DNA from: Heteronotia binoei
Taxonomy: Eukaryota
Assembly (NCBI RefSeq): GCF_032191835.1
Contig: NC_083236.1
Coordinates: 34,162,001-34,226,000, forward strand
Direction of reading: 5' to 3'
Length of the DNA stretch: 64,000 nucleotides
Of the stretch, positions 48,365 through 61,016 are shown in pieces. The position numbers and the translations under genes were made by a program. Under the pieces are notes generated by a model. It saw only the letters and a program-made list of their open reading frames with translations. It did no database searches and was not told the origin of the DNA. Each line of letters starts with the position of its first letter. Position 1 is the first letter of the stretch.

Positions 48365-49340
48365 CTGCAAGGATGAGGATGAAGATGGCACATTGCAGAG
48401 CTTACACCAGTTCCTGGACCTTATCAAGCATCTGAAGATCTTGTTTGATCAGTCCAAGGAGGTAATTCGGAGGAACGTCTCTCAAATTTTAGACATGCTG
48501 GCCCAGCAGAACCACAAGTTGCAGGCTCTCTGCATCGCCTGCACAGGGGAGAATCCCTATTTTTATGCGGGCCAAGACATCCTGCAGAGCATCAGGAACA
48601 TCTGCCAGAGCGAGACCAAGATCAACCTCCAGAAGATTGATTTTCGACAGATGCCTTTCACTCTTGATGATGGGATTGTTGAGCTGATCGCAAGCTCTAG
48701 CCCGAACTTGCGCACCTTGTTCATCAACAATCGCACCCTGGTTTGTAATGTCAAGCCAGAAGCTATTGTTAATCTTCTTAGGGCTTGTCCTAAATTGTCT
48801 ACTTTGGGTGTCTATTATGCCAGCCTGTCTGAAGATGTCTTTCAGGAACTGGTGAAGCCAAATCGGGAACCTTTCATTTGCCTGGACATTTTCTGTGAGC
48901 GTCTGGACAAATACATCCCAGTTATCACAGAAGACCTTTGGGCTGCAGTGAGTGAGAGGCACCCACAGCTGTATGTCGAACTCGAGTTTGAGCACACGGT
49001 CCCTGCCTGGAAGATACCTCGCATCCTGAAGCCAAATATCCCCGTGACCACTCTGGAACTGAACACTTTTACATACATGGTGAACCAGGTTAGGTTTGTC
49101 ACCAGCAACTACAGCAGAACTTTGGAGAGGCTGGTCCTTCACACCACTCCATCCGATGACCTCGACTTCTCCTTGATAGATCTGGCAAAGAAGTGTGTGC
49201 GTTTGAAAGAGGTCCACTGTTACTGCACAGTTAGCCAAGGTGTAATTGAGGCCTTCTTGACACGTTGCCCGGATCTGAAAAGATATACTCTAAAGATCAC
49301 CAAAGAACGCCACCCTTGGCAACCAGTAATTGTCTCATGA
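48365..49340 (+). CDS. FBXL8: FBXL8 second (last) coding exon, LRR-like region
   Basis: Acceptor CTCTTTCAG|C completes AG+C (Ser). Motifs FTLDD, NRTLV, ACPKL, HCYCTVS and YTLKITKERHPWQPVIVS* match FBXL8. Total CDS 1134 nt. Confidence 0.97.
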
Positions 49341-50550
49341 TTTTTCTAAAGAGCTACTTTGGAAAAACCTGCTCAACCAGTTTGCATATTATGAAATCCT
49401 CATGTCCTCCTTCTGATCAGGTGTGTTTAGGAAGTTCAGAACTTCCTGGGTTTGCAGGGGCCAGATGTGGATTAAGACTGCAGGAAGTGGAGGCCTAAAG
49501 CTTCCCCTTTGTGGCATTTCGCCCAACTTGAAATGACCCCCAGGGAATTCTTTGGACTGTATGGACTACTTGGGAAACTGATGACTACATGTAAGTTTCC
49601 CAGTGGGGCAATTAATGGCTCCCTAGGACCATTTCAACTTGGGAAAATAGTGTTGGGGTCCTTTCGCACTCTTATTTTCATCACTTGTGTGCCCCTATTG
49701 CTTTCACGTTTTTTCTGCACTTATGTTGCTCCCTCTAGTGGTTGCTTTGGTGTTACATCACTGTATTTCCACCATATTTCCCTGCAGTTGCAAAGTGCAT
49801 GGGAATGTGCTAGAGATAGTGTGATGTAATATCAAAAGGACCACAAAAGGGAGCAAAACACGTGTGGGAAAGAAAAAACCTCTGAAGGAATAGGGGCACC
49901 CAAGTGATGAAAATGAGAATGCAGAAGAGCCCATGGAGTGGGGAAAGTGTAAGTCCCCTTTCCCCATGATCCAGGTTGGTCTCTGATGTGCCTGCAAATT
50001 AAGTTCCAAGCACAGAACTCAGCACATGCCTGATCCAAAGAGGGAGTTTGTCAAATGTCATTTGACCCTCAAACTGCAGCGCTTACTTCAGCAACCATGT
50101 GCTTACACAGTGCCAGCTCTCTTCATGCTCCACTGAACGTATTGTGGACAGCGCAATACAAATATAAAGTACTTTGCTGCCAAAGTGAGATATGGAAGGG
50201 ATTGCTGTGTGGTTTCAAAATGTGTAGGCAGTATGTATTGTATGGAACCGAAATGCTTTTCTGCTAAGCTATTGCTGGAAGAAACAGCTGCCATTTTAGA
50301 GCACAGGTCCTGATGCAACCTAAAAGTAACCTCAGTGACTATGGTGGGCTGAAGTCATGTGGATAATAGGCTATTGCACTTAGACTCTAACACATAGCTA
50401 AGTAAGCCCGTTAGTTCAAATCAGTATGAACATGACATTGCTTCAGTGAATGTGGATTATACATACATCAGGGGCAGATTAGATATATATTTTTCTAGTT
50501 CTTTTGTGATTGTAATAATATATAAAGTTGTGATAATTTTGATCACTCAC

Positions 50551-50556
50551 AATAAA
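50551..50556 (+). terminator. Candidate FBXL8 polyadenylation signal
   Basis: First AATAAA I found after the stop codon, about 1.2 kb downstream; not validated. Confidence 0.45.
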
Positions 50557-50651
50557 CATTTATCTCAGAGTGTAACTACACTTGACCAACTGCAGTGTGA
50601 AGAATGTTCTTTGCTGTTTTAAGAGCAAATGCCCTGGAATCTTCAGCCTTC

Positions 50652-51331
50652 AATCAATGGTGTGGCCTCATTTGGAGTACTGTGTACAATTCTGGTCACC
50701 ACATCTTAAAAAAGATGTTATAGCACTGGAAAAAGTGCAGAAAAGGGCAACTAGAATGATTAAAGGGTTGTAAACACTTTCCCTATGAAGAAAGGTTAGA
50801 ACGTTTGGGGCTCTTTACCTTGGAGAAATGTTGACTGAGGGGTGACATGATAGAGGTTTACAAGATTATGCATGGGATAGAGAAGGTAGAGAAAAAAATC
50901 CTTTTCTCCCTTTCTCACAATACAAGAACTTGTGGGCACTCAATGAAATTGCTGAGGAGTTGGGTTAGAGCGGATAAAAAGAGGTACTTCTTCACCCAAA
51001 GGGTGATTAGCACATGGAATTCACTGCCACCGAAGGTGGTAGCGGCTGCAAGCATAGCCAGCTTCAAGAGAGGATTGGATAAACATATGGAGCAGAGGTC
51101 CATCAGTGGCTATTAGCCACAGCGTATTGTTGGAACTCTCTGTCTGGGGCAGTGATGCTCTGCATACTTGGTGCTTGGGAGGGACAGCAGTGGGAGGGCT
51201 TCTATCGTCCTGGCCCCACTGGTAGACCTCCTGATGGCACCTGGGTTTTTTTGACCACTATGTGACACACAGTGTTGGACTGGATGGGCCATTGGTCTGA
51301 TCCAGCATGGCTTCTCTTATGTTCTTATGTT
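50652..51331 (+). mobile_element. CR1 LINE 3' fragment
   Basis: [34 protein letters not shown]...RGLDKHMEQRSISGY*; 3'UTR ending in CTTATGTTCTTATGTT. Confidence 0.95.
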
Positions 51332-51913
51332 ATAACCTGTGGGAATAAATTTTATTTGGGAGCCGTGCTTTTTTATAGGAATAGACAGTGGTCATTCATC
51401 TGCCTTTAACTTCGCATTCATCTGATGAAGAAATCTCTCAAAATGTAATGAATATGGGATTCCTGTTGTGCATATAAAATGAAGTGCATATGCAATGTTG
51501 GTAAAAATAACGTACAATACTATTTGTAAAATGCACATTTATATTGTACTGACCTGGATAGCCCAGACTGGCCTGATCTCCTCAGGTCTTGGAAGCTAAG
51601 CAGGGTGGGCTGAGGCTAGTGTTTGGATGGGAGGCCTCCAAGGAGTTCCAAGGTCATGACACAGAGGCTGGGAATGGCAAACAACCTCTGAATGTCTCTT
51701 GCCTTGAAAACCCTACCTGATTGTCATAAGTCAGCTGTCATAAGTCTCTTATGACTACCAACTACACTTCGCATCAGCTGGACTCTCATTTTGATGGTAC
51801 GAATTTGTATACATAAAAAGTCCCCAGATTGTTTACACTGTGGTGCTAATTGACATTTTTTGATGTTGGTTTCATTTAGTCACCATGGCCAAGAGCGACT
51901 GATGGCATCTATG

Positions 51914-52190
51914 TGAGCCAGATTGGCACAGTGGTTAAGTGCGCGGACTCTTATCTGGGAGAGCTGGGTTTGATTCCCCACTCCTCCACATGCACCTACT
52001 GATGTGACCGTGAGCCAACCACAAGTTCTCATAGAGCTGTTTTGCTCAAGGGCAGGTCAGGGAGAGCTCTCTTAGCCCCACCTAGCTTACAGGGCATGTG
52101 TTGTGGGGAGGGGAAGAAAAAGGAGATTGTAAGCTGCTCTAAAACTCTTTCAGGTAGTGAAGGGCGGGGTATAAATCCAATCTCTTCTTC
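51914..52190 (+). mobile_element. Squam3-like SINE (diverged)
   Basis: Aligns to 7499-7772. Confidence 0.75.
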
Positions 52191-54621
52191 TCTCATTCTC
52201 TCTGTATTTGTCAAATCCACTTTTAAACCACTTAAACTTATAGTCATCACTACATCTGGTGGAGGTACATTCCACAAGTGAATTATTTAGTGAGCGAGAA
52301 ATTTCATTTGCCTGTCCTGTTTGTTCGCTCTCCCTCCCAATGTATCCCATAATATCCCTCAAACCCAGCATGTGCTTTAGCAGTTTATGTATTTTAATTG
52401 TTTTTAAACAGTTTAATAATATGCATTTTAATAGTTTTAATGGTCTCCCAATATTTCCTGAGACCTGGTAATCCTAGAGTCTCACGTTACATTCATCACG
52501 TGTACAGTTGAGCATGTGATCTTAAGCCCCACATTTATCCAGTTACTGGTTGCCAGATTTTATTTATAAAGTGAATGCAGGTTGGCTCCTTCTTACAAAC
52601 AGATGTGTGCATGCACTGTATATGCAGAATGTACTTGTGTTTACTGCTAATGTTATTAAAATGTGATAGAATCACTAAAGTCCTGAAGGTGTGTCAGTGC
52701 CCCCCAATCTTGTTACAGCTGTGGGCGCTTTGAGAATTTTGAAAACAGACAGTGGGTGTCATAACAAAATGGCTGTCGGGAGGGTGGGTGGAACAAATAA
52801 CAAAATGGCTTTCATGGGGGCTTGGTCCAATAAGAAACATTGGAATGTTCTGCAAAGGGGTAGGAGGTCCCAAGCCATGCAGCTTCTAACAATGAAGGAA
52901 GCTGTTTTCCAAATGGAGGCTCGGAGATATGAAGGTGATGCCCGTGGGACTTTGTAAACTGTTTCCTACTACAGTGAAATGGAGGAAATCCAAAGTTGGC
53001 CTTTTGCTTTGGAGAAGAGATGCTTTGAAGAAAAGAAGCAAGTGGACACCAGGAAACACATAGGCAGGGGTCGGGACACCCATTGTGTTGAAGATCACAG
53101 TCCTTCAGTACAGAGGTCTATGTCCTGAGAACATGATTCTGAAATTAGTGAAGCCAAACTGAGGACCCTTCTATTAACTAGATGTGTTGTTCAAGGGCCC
53201 TGAAATGTCAGTTTCAGAACTGGGTGGCAGGTCAGGCAAGAGAGAATAGCTCAGTAAAGCCAAAAGTCAGGTAGCCACCGAGACAAGATAGGCAACAAAT
53301 CCATTGAGCAGGTGTGTAGAGAAAGAAGCATATGTATTTTTTAGATGAGTAGGGCATGGTAGAAACATAGTCTAAGAAGTCAGGGGTTTACAAGGCAGTT
53401 CAAAGAAGAGGAAAGATGTGTGGTAGAGTTGCCAAGTACATATCCATGAGGTTGGCAAAACCCCAGAGTGCTTGTGGTGCAACTTCTGTGGTTTAGCTCC
53501 CCCTCTGCTCATTCAAATAGTGACAGGGACTGGGAGACTGGCTGTCATAAGAGAAGGTGGCAACCCTATGACAGAGGACTCTTGCTTGCAGACTAGTTTG
53601 GAGTTGGGGTGGGGAGGGTGATGATGTGGGGCCAACATTGAAATGTCACTTCCAGGTTTTTTCCAGAAGTGACATCTCACTTTAGGGATTGCTGGAAAAT
53701 TTATGGTAAAACCATTTGGTTTCTGGTGACTCCTAGAGAGGACTGATGTCACTTCCACTTCAGGGTTTTTCCTGGAAGTGATGTCATGGCATTGGCCATG
53801 ATCTCCAGATGACAGCGATCAGTTCCACTGGTTGGGGGGCTGCTTTGAAAGGTGAATTCTATGGTATTTTATAGGGTTACCAACCTTCAGTACATAGTAC
53901 TGTATTTTTTCGGTGCATAGTCTGTTTCTGTATAATCTTCAGGTGGTGGCATTACAATGGATCTCTAGGTGACAGAGATTGGTTCACCTGGAGAAAATGT
54001 CCTTTTTGGAAGGTGCACTCTGGCATTATGCTCCACTGAAGTCTACCCCATTCTCCTCAGGCTCCACCCCCAGAATCTCCAGGTATTTCTCAAACCAAAG
54101 CTGGGAACCTGACATTATATCCCACTGAGATCCTTCCCCTCTCCAGCCCTGTCCTTCCCAGGCTCCACCCCCATTTCCAAGAATTTCCCAGCTCAGAGGT
54201 AGCAACCCTACTTCTTGAAGCAGCATGCTCAGAAGGCAAACCAGCAGATGCCTCCAGTGGCTCTTTCCAGTGGTTTGCTGGCTTCCTGGGCGAACTGTGT
54301 TTGTGCAAGCAAGTGTATTCTCTTTGCATGAGGCTGCATCTTTATTCAGTGCATTGTGTGAGATCAAATGCGGTGCGCTTTCATTCTCTGTATTGTTCCC
54401 CTGTGGTTGGCCATGCCCCTGTGCATTGTGTGGAGCTTGGGAGAGAGCCAACTACCCTGCTGATGTGACTGGTTGGGGGGAACAGGGAGGGTGTTTTCCC
54501 TGCTGGGCCCAAATCGTGGCCGATGTTCCTTCCTCCCTCTGACATACGCAGTTCGGAGAGAGAGGGAGGCTTGCTGTGGGAAAGGGATGGTGCTTGTGTA
54601 GCTGGGCCACTGTTCAAAACT

Positions 54622-54744
54622 ATGCAGGAGTCTCTCACATCCGTGGCTATGGATGGCTACTCCAGCAACGTGCCGGCATTTCTCACCAAGCTGTGGACGC
54701 TGGTGGAGGATCCCGAGACCAACCATCTCATCTGTTGGAGCATT
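54622..54744 (+). CDS. HSF4: HSF4 first coding exon (N-terminal part of the HSF DNA-binding domain)
   Basis: [41 protein letters not shown]; donor |GTGAGT; 123 nt. Paralog assigned by the MQE start and synteny with TRADD-FBXL8. Confidence 0.93.
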
Positions 54745-56295
54745 GTGAGTAAAGCTCTTTCTTGCAAGTTTGGTATTGGAAAGAAGGACCAAAAAACAAA
54801 CAAACCACCCTTCAGCACATCAGAGGATCAATGCTCAGAGAGCCTTCTGTTTGGCTGTAGCTGCTGTGGGCTGTGTTGACCCTGGGTTTAGTAGCCAGAA
54901 ACAGATGCTCATATTCTGCTAGATTTACACATTTGGTATTATTCCAGCATTCTGCAGTCCAGTGCTGTACATGGTTGCTCAGAACAAAGTTTCAATCAAT
55001 GTCTTGTGTAGAATGAATTGGTAGACTGCTCTGGATAATGTTAGTTGGTGTTGGTGGTGCTGCATATGTACCCTTTCAGAACAGATCTTTTTGCAATCTT
55101 TTCCTGGGTCTTCTGGGGGGATACATGAGCAGCAACTAACAAGCTACCTACCCCCAGCCTGTGCCTTTCTTGGGTAGAAAGGAATAGGTCCCTCAATGCA
55201 AAAGATTAAAGTAAGTATAATAAGTGCTGTCAAGTCCCATGCGACTCATAGTGATCCCTCATAGGTTTTTCAAGGCAAGAGGTGGTTTGCCATTGCCTTC
55301 CTCTACATAGCAGCTCCAGCTATCCTTGGTGGTCTCCCGTCCAAGTAATAACCAGGACCGATTCTGCACTAGTCTTTGCCCTGGTCTCGTTCTCGGCTCT
55401 CAAGTTTGCACGGGGCGGGGAGCAAGCAGGGAATACGCAGCCCCACTCCAGAGATGCCAATGCAGAATCTAGGAAAAAAGAGCCGCCCTGAGAAGCCCTG
55501 CACAGAAAGGAGAGTGCTGAATGTAGAATTGGTCTAGGAGTGACCCTGCTTAGCTTCCAAGAGCTGGCAAGATTGGGCTAAACTGGGCTATTCAGACTCC
55601 TACAAATAAGTCTGGGCAAAGTCAAACTGGGATAAAACAACACTGAAGTGTCTTGAAATATACAATTACAACTCTGGTTTTGATATTGCCAGCTCAATAT
55701 TTTCTTGAAAGTGTCTGCCCCAGATTAGTTTATGGAGTGCTGTTCAATAGCTTGTCAGAAGAAATTTGGGGCCTCTCCTGCGTAATGTGCAAAATGGCTT
55801 TGAAATGCAGCCTTTTGCTCAGTTATGCAGCATATTTATAAATGCTGGACATGAAAAATAAATGATACATTTGTCCAGCGTTAACTAAGGTAAGATTTTT
55901 ATGTTTTACTTTATGGAGGGTGAAAGTAGCACCAAATTCCTTGGCCAGTGGGTCCTGAAAAGTATAGGAAGGTTAGAAGGGGGGCCCACTTCAAAAAGTG
56001 TGAAAATCCATGAGTTAACTGGTGTTTGCTTATGTATGTTATAATGTTCATTTGTTATTTTATTGGGTTTATATCCCACCCTATCCCAGAACAGGCTCAG
56101 GTCAGCTCAGCTCACAACAATTATAAGTATATATAAGTGCTGTCAAGTTGCAACCAACTTAAGCAACCCACAACAACAGGTTTTCCAGGCAAATGAGAAG
56201 CAGAGGCAGTTTGCCATTGCCTTCCTTTGCAAACCCTTCCTTAGTTGCCTCCCTTCTAAGTACAAACACTGCTTAGCTTCTGAGAACTGATGAGA

Positions 56296-56850
56296 TTATT
56301 ATTATTATTATCATTATTAGTAGTAGTATTAGTTTATTTATATTCCGGTCATTCCCCCATAGGGACTCAAAGTGGAGTACATCATAAATAATAAAATCAC
56401 AATGAAATCACAACAGCATCACAATAAAAACCAATTACAATATTCAGTACAACAGGATGGTCCAGCAGGACAGTATGATAAGATGGTATAGCAGGACAGT
56501 ACAGCAGATCAGCACAGTAGGATAGTACACTAGGGGAGGCCAACTGATCTAATGGGTAGATGCCCACCGCCTCACCTGAAAACCTGGCAAAACAGCTCCG
56601 TTTTACAGGCCCTATGAAAGGCTAACAAGCCAGGTAGGGCCTGGATCTCCATAGGGAGCTGATTCCACCGGGTTGGGGCCAGGACAGAAAAGGACCTGGC
56701 CTTGGTAGAGGCAAGATGGGCATCTCTTGGGCTGGGGATGGTCAGCCTATCTTGGGATGCCAAACGAAGTGACTTCTGGGGCATATACGGGAAGAGACGG
56801 TCCTGCAGGTATGTTGGTCCCAGGCTGCGTTGGTCCCAGATCAGGCTATA
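56296..56850 (-). mobile_element. L2 LINE 3' fragment (ORF2 C-terminus and tail)
   Basis: Translates LGPTYLQDRLFPY...RSFSVLAPTRWNQLPMEI...FHRACKTELF, typical of the L2/CR1-group ORF2 end; AAT-rich tail at about 56296-56340. Confidence 0.85.
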
Positions 56851-57752
56851 CCATGGCATCTTCCCTTCCAGTGCTTGCTTACCATGTTTTTAATTCTTAT
56901 CCCCTAACTTCAAATACATCTCTTTTGTGCAATCCATCCAAACAAGGTTTGAATCAAATAAAAAGAAAGCCCAGAAGAATATATCCCCCCACCCACCCAG
57001 ATTCTCTTCAGACTTGGGCTGTTTACGTTGTTCCACCTGGCAGAAGGGTAACCAGACAGATAAATGGGGAATGCCCTTGATTTCCTTCCCATCCTTCTTC
57101 ATTCTAAGTGCCAGGAAAGCCATGATTTAGGTATACCTTTAAAAAATGGCAAGTCTAGATGCCCACCGCCTCACCTGAAAACCTGGCAAAACAGCTCCGT
57201 TTTACAGGCCCTACGAAAGGCTAACAAGCCAGGTAGGGCCCGGATCTCCATAGGGAGCTGATTCCACCAGGTTGGGGCCAGGACAGAAAAGGACCTGGCC
57301 TTGGTAGAGGCAAGACGGGCATCTCTTGGGCTGGGGATGGTCAGCCTATCTTGGGATGCCGAACGAAGTGACTTCTGGGGCATATACGGGAAGAGATGGT
57401 CCTGCAGGTATGTTGGTCCCAGGCTGCGTTGGTCCCAGATCAGGCTATACCATGGCATCTTCCCTTCCAGTGCTTGCTTACCATGTTTTTAATTCTTATC
57501 CCCTAACTTCAAATACATCTCTTTTGTGCAATCCATCCAAACAAGGTTTGAATCAAATAAAAAGAAAGCCCAGAAGAAAATATCCCCCCACCCAGATTCT
57601 CCTCAGACTTGGGCTGTTTACGTTGTTCCACCTGGCAGAAGGGTAACCAGACAGATAAATGGGGAATGCCCTTGATTTCCTTCCCATCCTTCTTCATTCT
57701 AAGTGCCAGGAAAGCCATGATTTAGGTATACCTTTAAAAAATGGCAAGTCTA
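56557..57752. repeat. Recent tandem duplication, 599-bp unit x2
   Basis: Copies at 56557-57155 and 57156-57750; about 8 substitutions and one 4-bp indel. Confidence 0.97.
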
Positions 57753-58690
57753 TGAAAATTGCCCACTTGGGAAGTGTGGTGCTGGAAAATGCCATCAAAT
57801 TACAGCCAATTTATGGTGACTCCATAGAGTTTTCAAGGCTAGAGAGTAACCGATGTGGTTTGTCACTGCCTGCTTCTGTGTAGTGATCCTGGACTCGGAG
57901 GTCTCCCATCCTAGTGCTAACCAGGGCTAGCCTTGCTTAGTTTTGGATATCTGATAAGTTTGGCCTAGCTTGAACCATCCACATCAGGAACTTGGCTTGG
58001 GAAGTAAGAGGAGAATTCTTGCTGGGAGGCTCTGCTAGCAGGAGGGGAGAATAGTCCTGGCTGCCTGCCTCAGTTGGGCAGTCACAAGGATGAGGAAAGA
58101 AGTGCAAAAAGCCTTCCTTGAGGAAGAGGTGTCCTGAGGGACCTGCTCTTCAATGTACACTGACATGCAGTTGTGTTACAAGGGGTCAGGAGAGGGGGTC
58201 TATTTTTTCCTCAGTTTTTTCACTGTGCCTGTGAAGGATGGCTGAAATCTTGCATGCCTGAAGGAAACCAATTTGTGTTGATTAATCAGTGAGACTCCAG
58301 AAAAGGTACCAAGGAATCCTAGGCCATCATCCCTCCAAAAAAACCAAACCAAATGATGTAATACCTTTTATTGAGGTGAACCCAAATGACAGAAAACATT
58401 ATGTGAGCTCTTGAGTGCTACAGAGCCCTTCAGCAGGCAGATGTTACAAAAATGGTTTTGTTATGTTCTCCGGATTTTGTGTGGGCCCGTGTGACTGTTT
58501 ACAACTTTTGTATTCTATCCAGGTCTTGACACTAATTGGCTTGAGAAGGAGAGAGTGTCCTGAATCAATAGTTGCTAACAGGGCCCAAATCCAGATAAAT
58601 TTCTTCTTCACACCCTGAGTAATATATTTCTCCTTCACGTCTTGATTTGGGGAAGTGCTTTGGTCTATTAGGCTAAGGTTGAACTGTCTG

Positions 58691-58873
58691 TAGGGCTCTT
58701 TTTGTAGCAGGAACTCCTTTGCATATTAGGCTACACCCCCCTGATGTAGTCAATCCTCCAGGAGCTTACAGGGCTCTTCTTAAAGGGCCTACTGTAAGCT
58801 CTTGGAGGATTGGCTACATCAGAGGGAGTGTAGCCTAATATGCAAAGGTGTTCCTGCTACAAAAAAAGCCCTG
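58691..58873. mobile_element. Palindromic hAT MITE (CAGGGCTTTTTT family)
   Basis: Fold-back; homologous to 31794-31974. Confidence 0.85.
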
Positions 58874-59574
58874 TAAAATTGTATCACTATGGGTTTCCTC
58901 CTAGAAAAAATATGATGGAAAGTCAAATTATTATCTCCTTTTTTCTGCCTTTAAATGAAAGCCTTGTTTAGAAATTGCAGTTCAGAGGAAACAATTGTTT
59001 TGTCACCAACTATAGACACCAAGAATAGGTGTATCGTGGCCAGGGATTAAGTAGAAGGGTTACACCTATATGTACAAACAAAAAAAAGTAATAATAAATT
59101 GTAATTAAAATTTCAATACCTATTAGTGTGGCAAACTCCAGATTGGGAAATTCCTGGAGATTTGGTGGATGGAATCTGAGGAGGGGAGGTATCTCAGTGG
59201 GGTATAATGCCATAGAGTTTGCCCACCAAAGCAACCATTTTGTCCAAGGAAAACAGGTCTCTGTCATCTGGAGATCCATTGTAGTTCTGGGAGATCTCCA
59301 GGCCCCTTCTGGTGGTTTGCAAGCCTATTCCTTGTATGCTAATTATTAAATTACTTAACCTATCTTCAGGCCTCAAAAATTTATTTCAGTGCTGAGTTTT
59401 GTAAGACCTTGGGGTATATTTCTATTTTTTGATGACTTGTTGCATATGGTAATACTCGGGTCTCAGCAGTGAATCTTAATTTTGTTGATATTAAAATCTG
59501 GGCTTAAGTTGCCTGGTCTCAAATGAAAGCCAAAATGAACATTTTGACCATTCTGTATTTGTATAGGCCAACTT

Positions 59575-59694
59575 CAGGGCCTTTTTTTGAGCAGGTATGC
59601 ACAGGAACGGAGTCCCGGCTGGCTTGGTGTTAGGGGTGTGTGGCCTAATATGCAAATAAGTTCCTGCTGGGCTTTTTCTACAAATAAAGCCCTG
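59575..59694. mobile_element. Short hAT MITE, 108 bp upstream of an HSF4 acceptor
   Basis: Perfect TSD GCCAACTT at 59567-59574 and 59695-59702. Confidence 0.88.
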
Positions 59695-59802
59695 GCCAAC
59701 TTCATCCAGTTTCATGTATGGGTAGAATCTTAATTTGGATTAGAATTCTCTATTCCTGTGGAAGTTTGAACCCTTATCCTGTTTTAACTTCTTTTCTTTT
59801 AG

Positions 59803-59911
59803 AATGGCACCAGCTTCCATGTTTTTGATCAGGGCCGGTTTGCAAAGGAGGTCTTGCCCAAATACTTCAAACACAACAACATGGCCAGCTTTGTCCGGCA
59901 ACTGAATATGT
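59803..59911 (+). CDS. HSF4: HSF4 second coding exon (HSF DNA-binding domain)
   Basis: Acceptor CTTTTCTTTTAG|AAT; [36 protein letters not shown](Y); donor T|GTAAGT; 109 nt. The gene continues beyond the window. Confidence 0.96.
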
Positions 59912-60236
59912 GTAAGTAACACTCCAAGATCCAGAAGGGGACATTGTACTAGTATATGGGGGAAGAAAGAGAATGGAAAGTGCTACAGTGCGTGCAGATC
60001 CATGCTTAACACTCCAATGCGTCACAGGGTGCCTCAGTGTTGAGAAGTAATGCTGCCACAGAGTGTTGGGGTGGAGCAAATGAGCAAGGCTGTCCATTCC
60101 AGGTTCAGAATTCCTGGAGATTTGGGGGTGGGGCTTGGGAAGGGACCTCAGCAGGAAAGAGATACCATTGAGTCCAATCTCCGAAGCAGCCATTTTTTCT
60201 CTCCACAGAATAGATCTCTGTGGTCTGGAGATCAGT

Positions 60237-61016
60237 TAAGAACATAAGAACGTAAGAGAAGCCATGTTGAATCAGGCCAATGGCCCATCCAATCCAACAC
60301 TCTGTGTCACACACAGTGGCCAATGTATACACACACACACACACACACATACAAACATACACACATACACACACACACATATATATATATACTGTGGCTA
60401 ATAGCCACTGATAGACCTCTGCTCCATATGCTTATCCATTCCCTTCTTAAAGCTGGCTATGCTTGTAGCTGCCACAACCTCCTGTGGCAGTGAATTCCAC
60501 ATGTTAATCACCCTTTGGGTGAAGAAGGACTTCCTTTTATCTGTTTTAACCTGACTGCTCAGCAATTTCATGGAATGCCCACAAGTTCTTGTATTGTGAG
60601 AAAGGGAGAAAAGTACTTCTTTCTCTACTTTCTCCATCCCATGCATAATCTTGTAAACCTCTATCATGTCACCCTGTAGTCGATGTTTCTCTAAGCTAAA
60701 GAGTCCCAAGCGTTTTAACCTTTCTTCATAGCGAAAGCGTTCCAAACCTTTAATCATTCTAGTTGCCCTTTTCTGCATTTTTTCCAATGCTATAATATCC
60801 TTTTTGAGGTGCAGTGACCAGAATTGTACACAGTATTCCAAATGAGACCGCGCCATCGATTTATACAGGGGCGTTATGATACGTGCTGATTTGTTTTCAA
60901 TTCCCTTCCTAATAATTCCCAGCATGGTGTTGGCCTTTTTTATTGCAATCGCACACTGTCTTGACATTTTCAGTGAGTTATCTACCATGACCCCAAGATC
61001 TCTCTCTTGGTCAGTC
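60237..61016 (-). mobile_element. CR1 LINE 3' fragment, inserted into a hAT-like element
   Basis: ORF 60398-61126 gives DLGVMVDNSLKMSRQC...[10 protein letters not shown]...SISGY; tail TAAGAACATAAGAAC; a (CA)n/(TA)n tract lies in the 3'UTR. Confidence 0.95.

Noticed and set aside
48489-49238. 249-aa minus-strand ORF
   Set aside because: Antisense shadow of the FBXL8 coding exon; no recognisable motifs.
49429-49447. AGGAAGTTC-A-GAACTTCCT as a heat-shock element near HSF4
   Set aside because: GAA and TTC are separated by 1 nt instead of the 2 nt required by the nGAAn repeat; only a 9-bp-arm palindrome.
54622-59911. Assignment as HSF1 or HSF2
   Set aside because: The DBD is HSF1-like, but the MQE start and position after TRADD-FBXL8 fit HSF4; reciprocal BLAST would be decisive.
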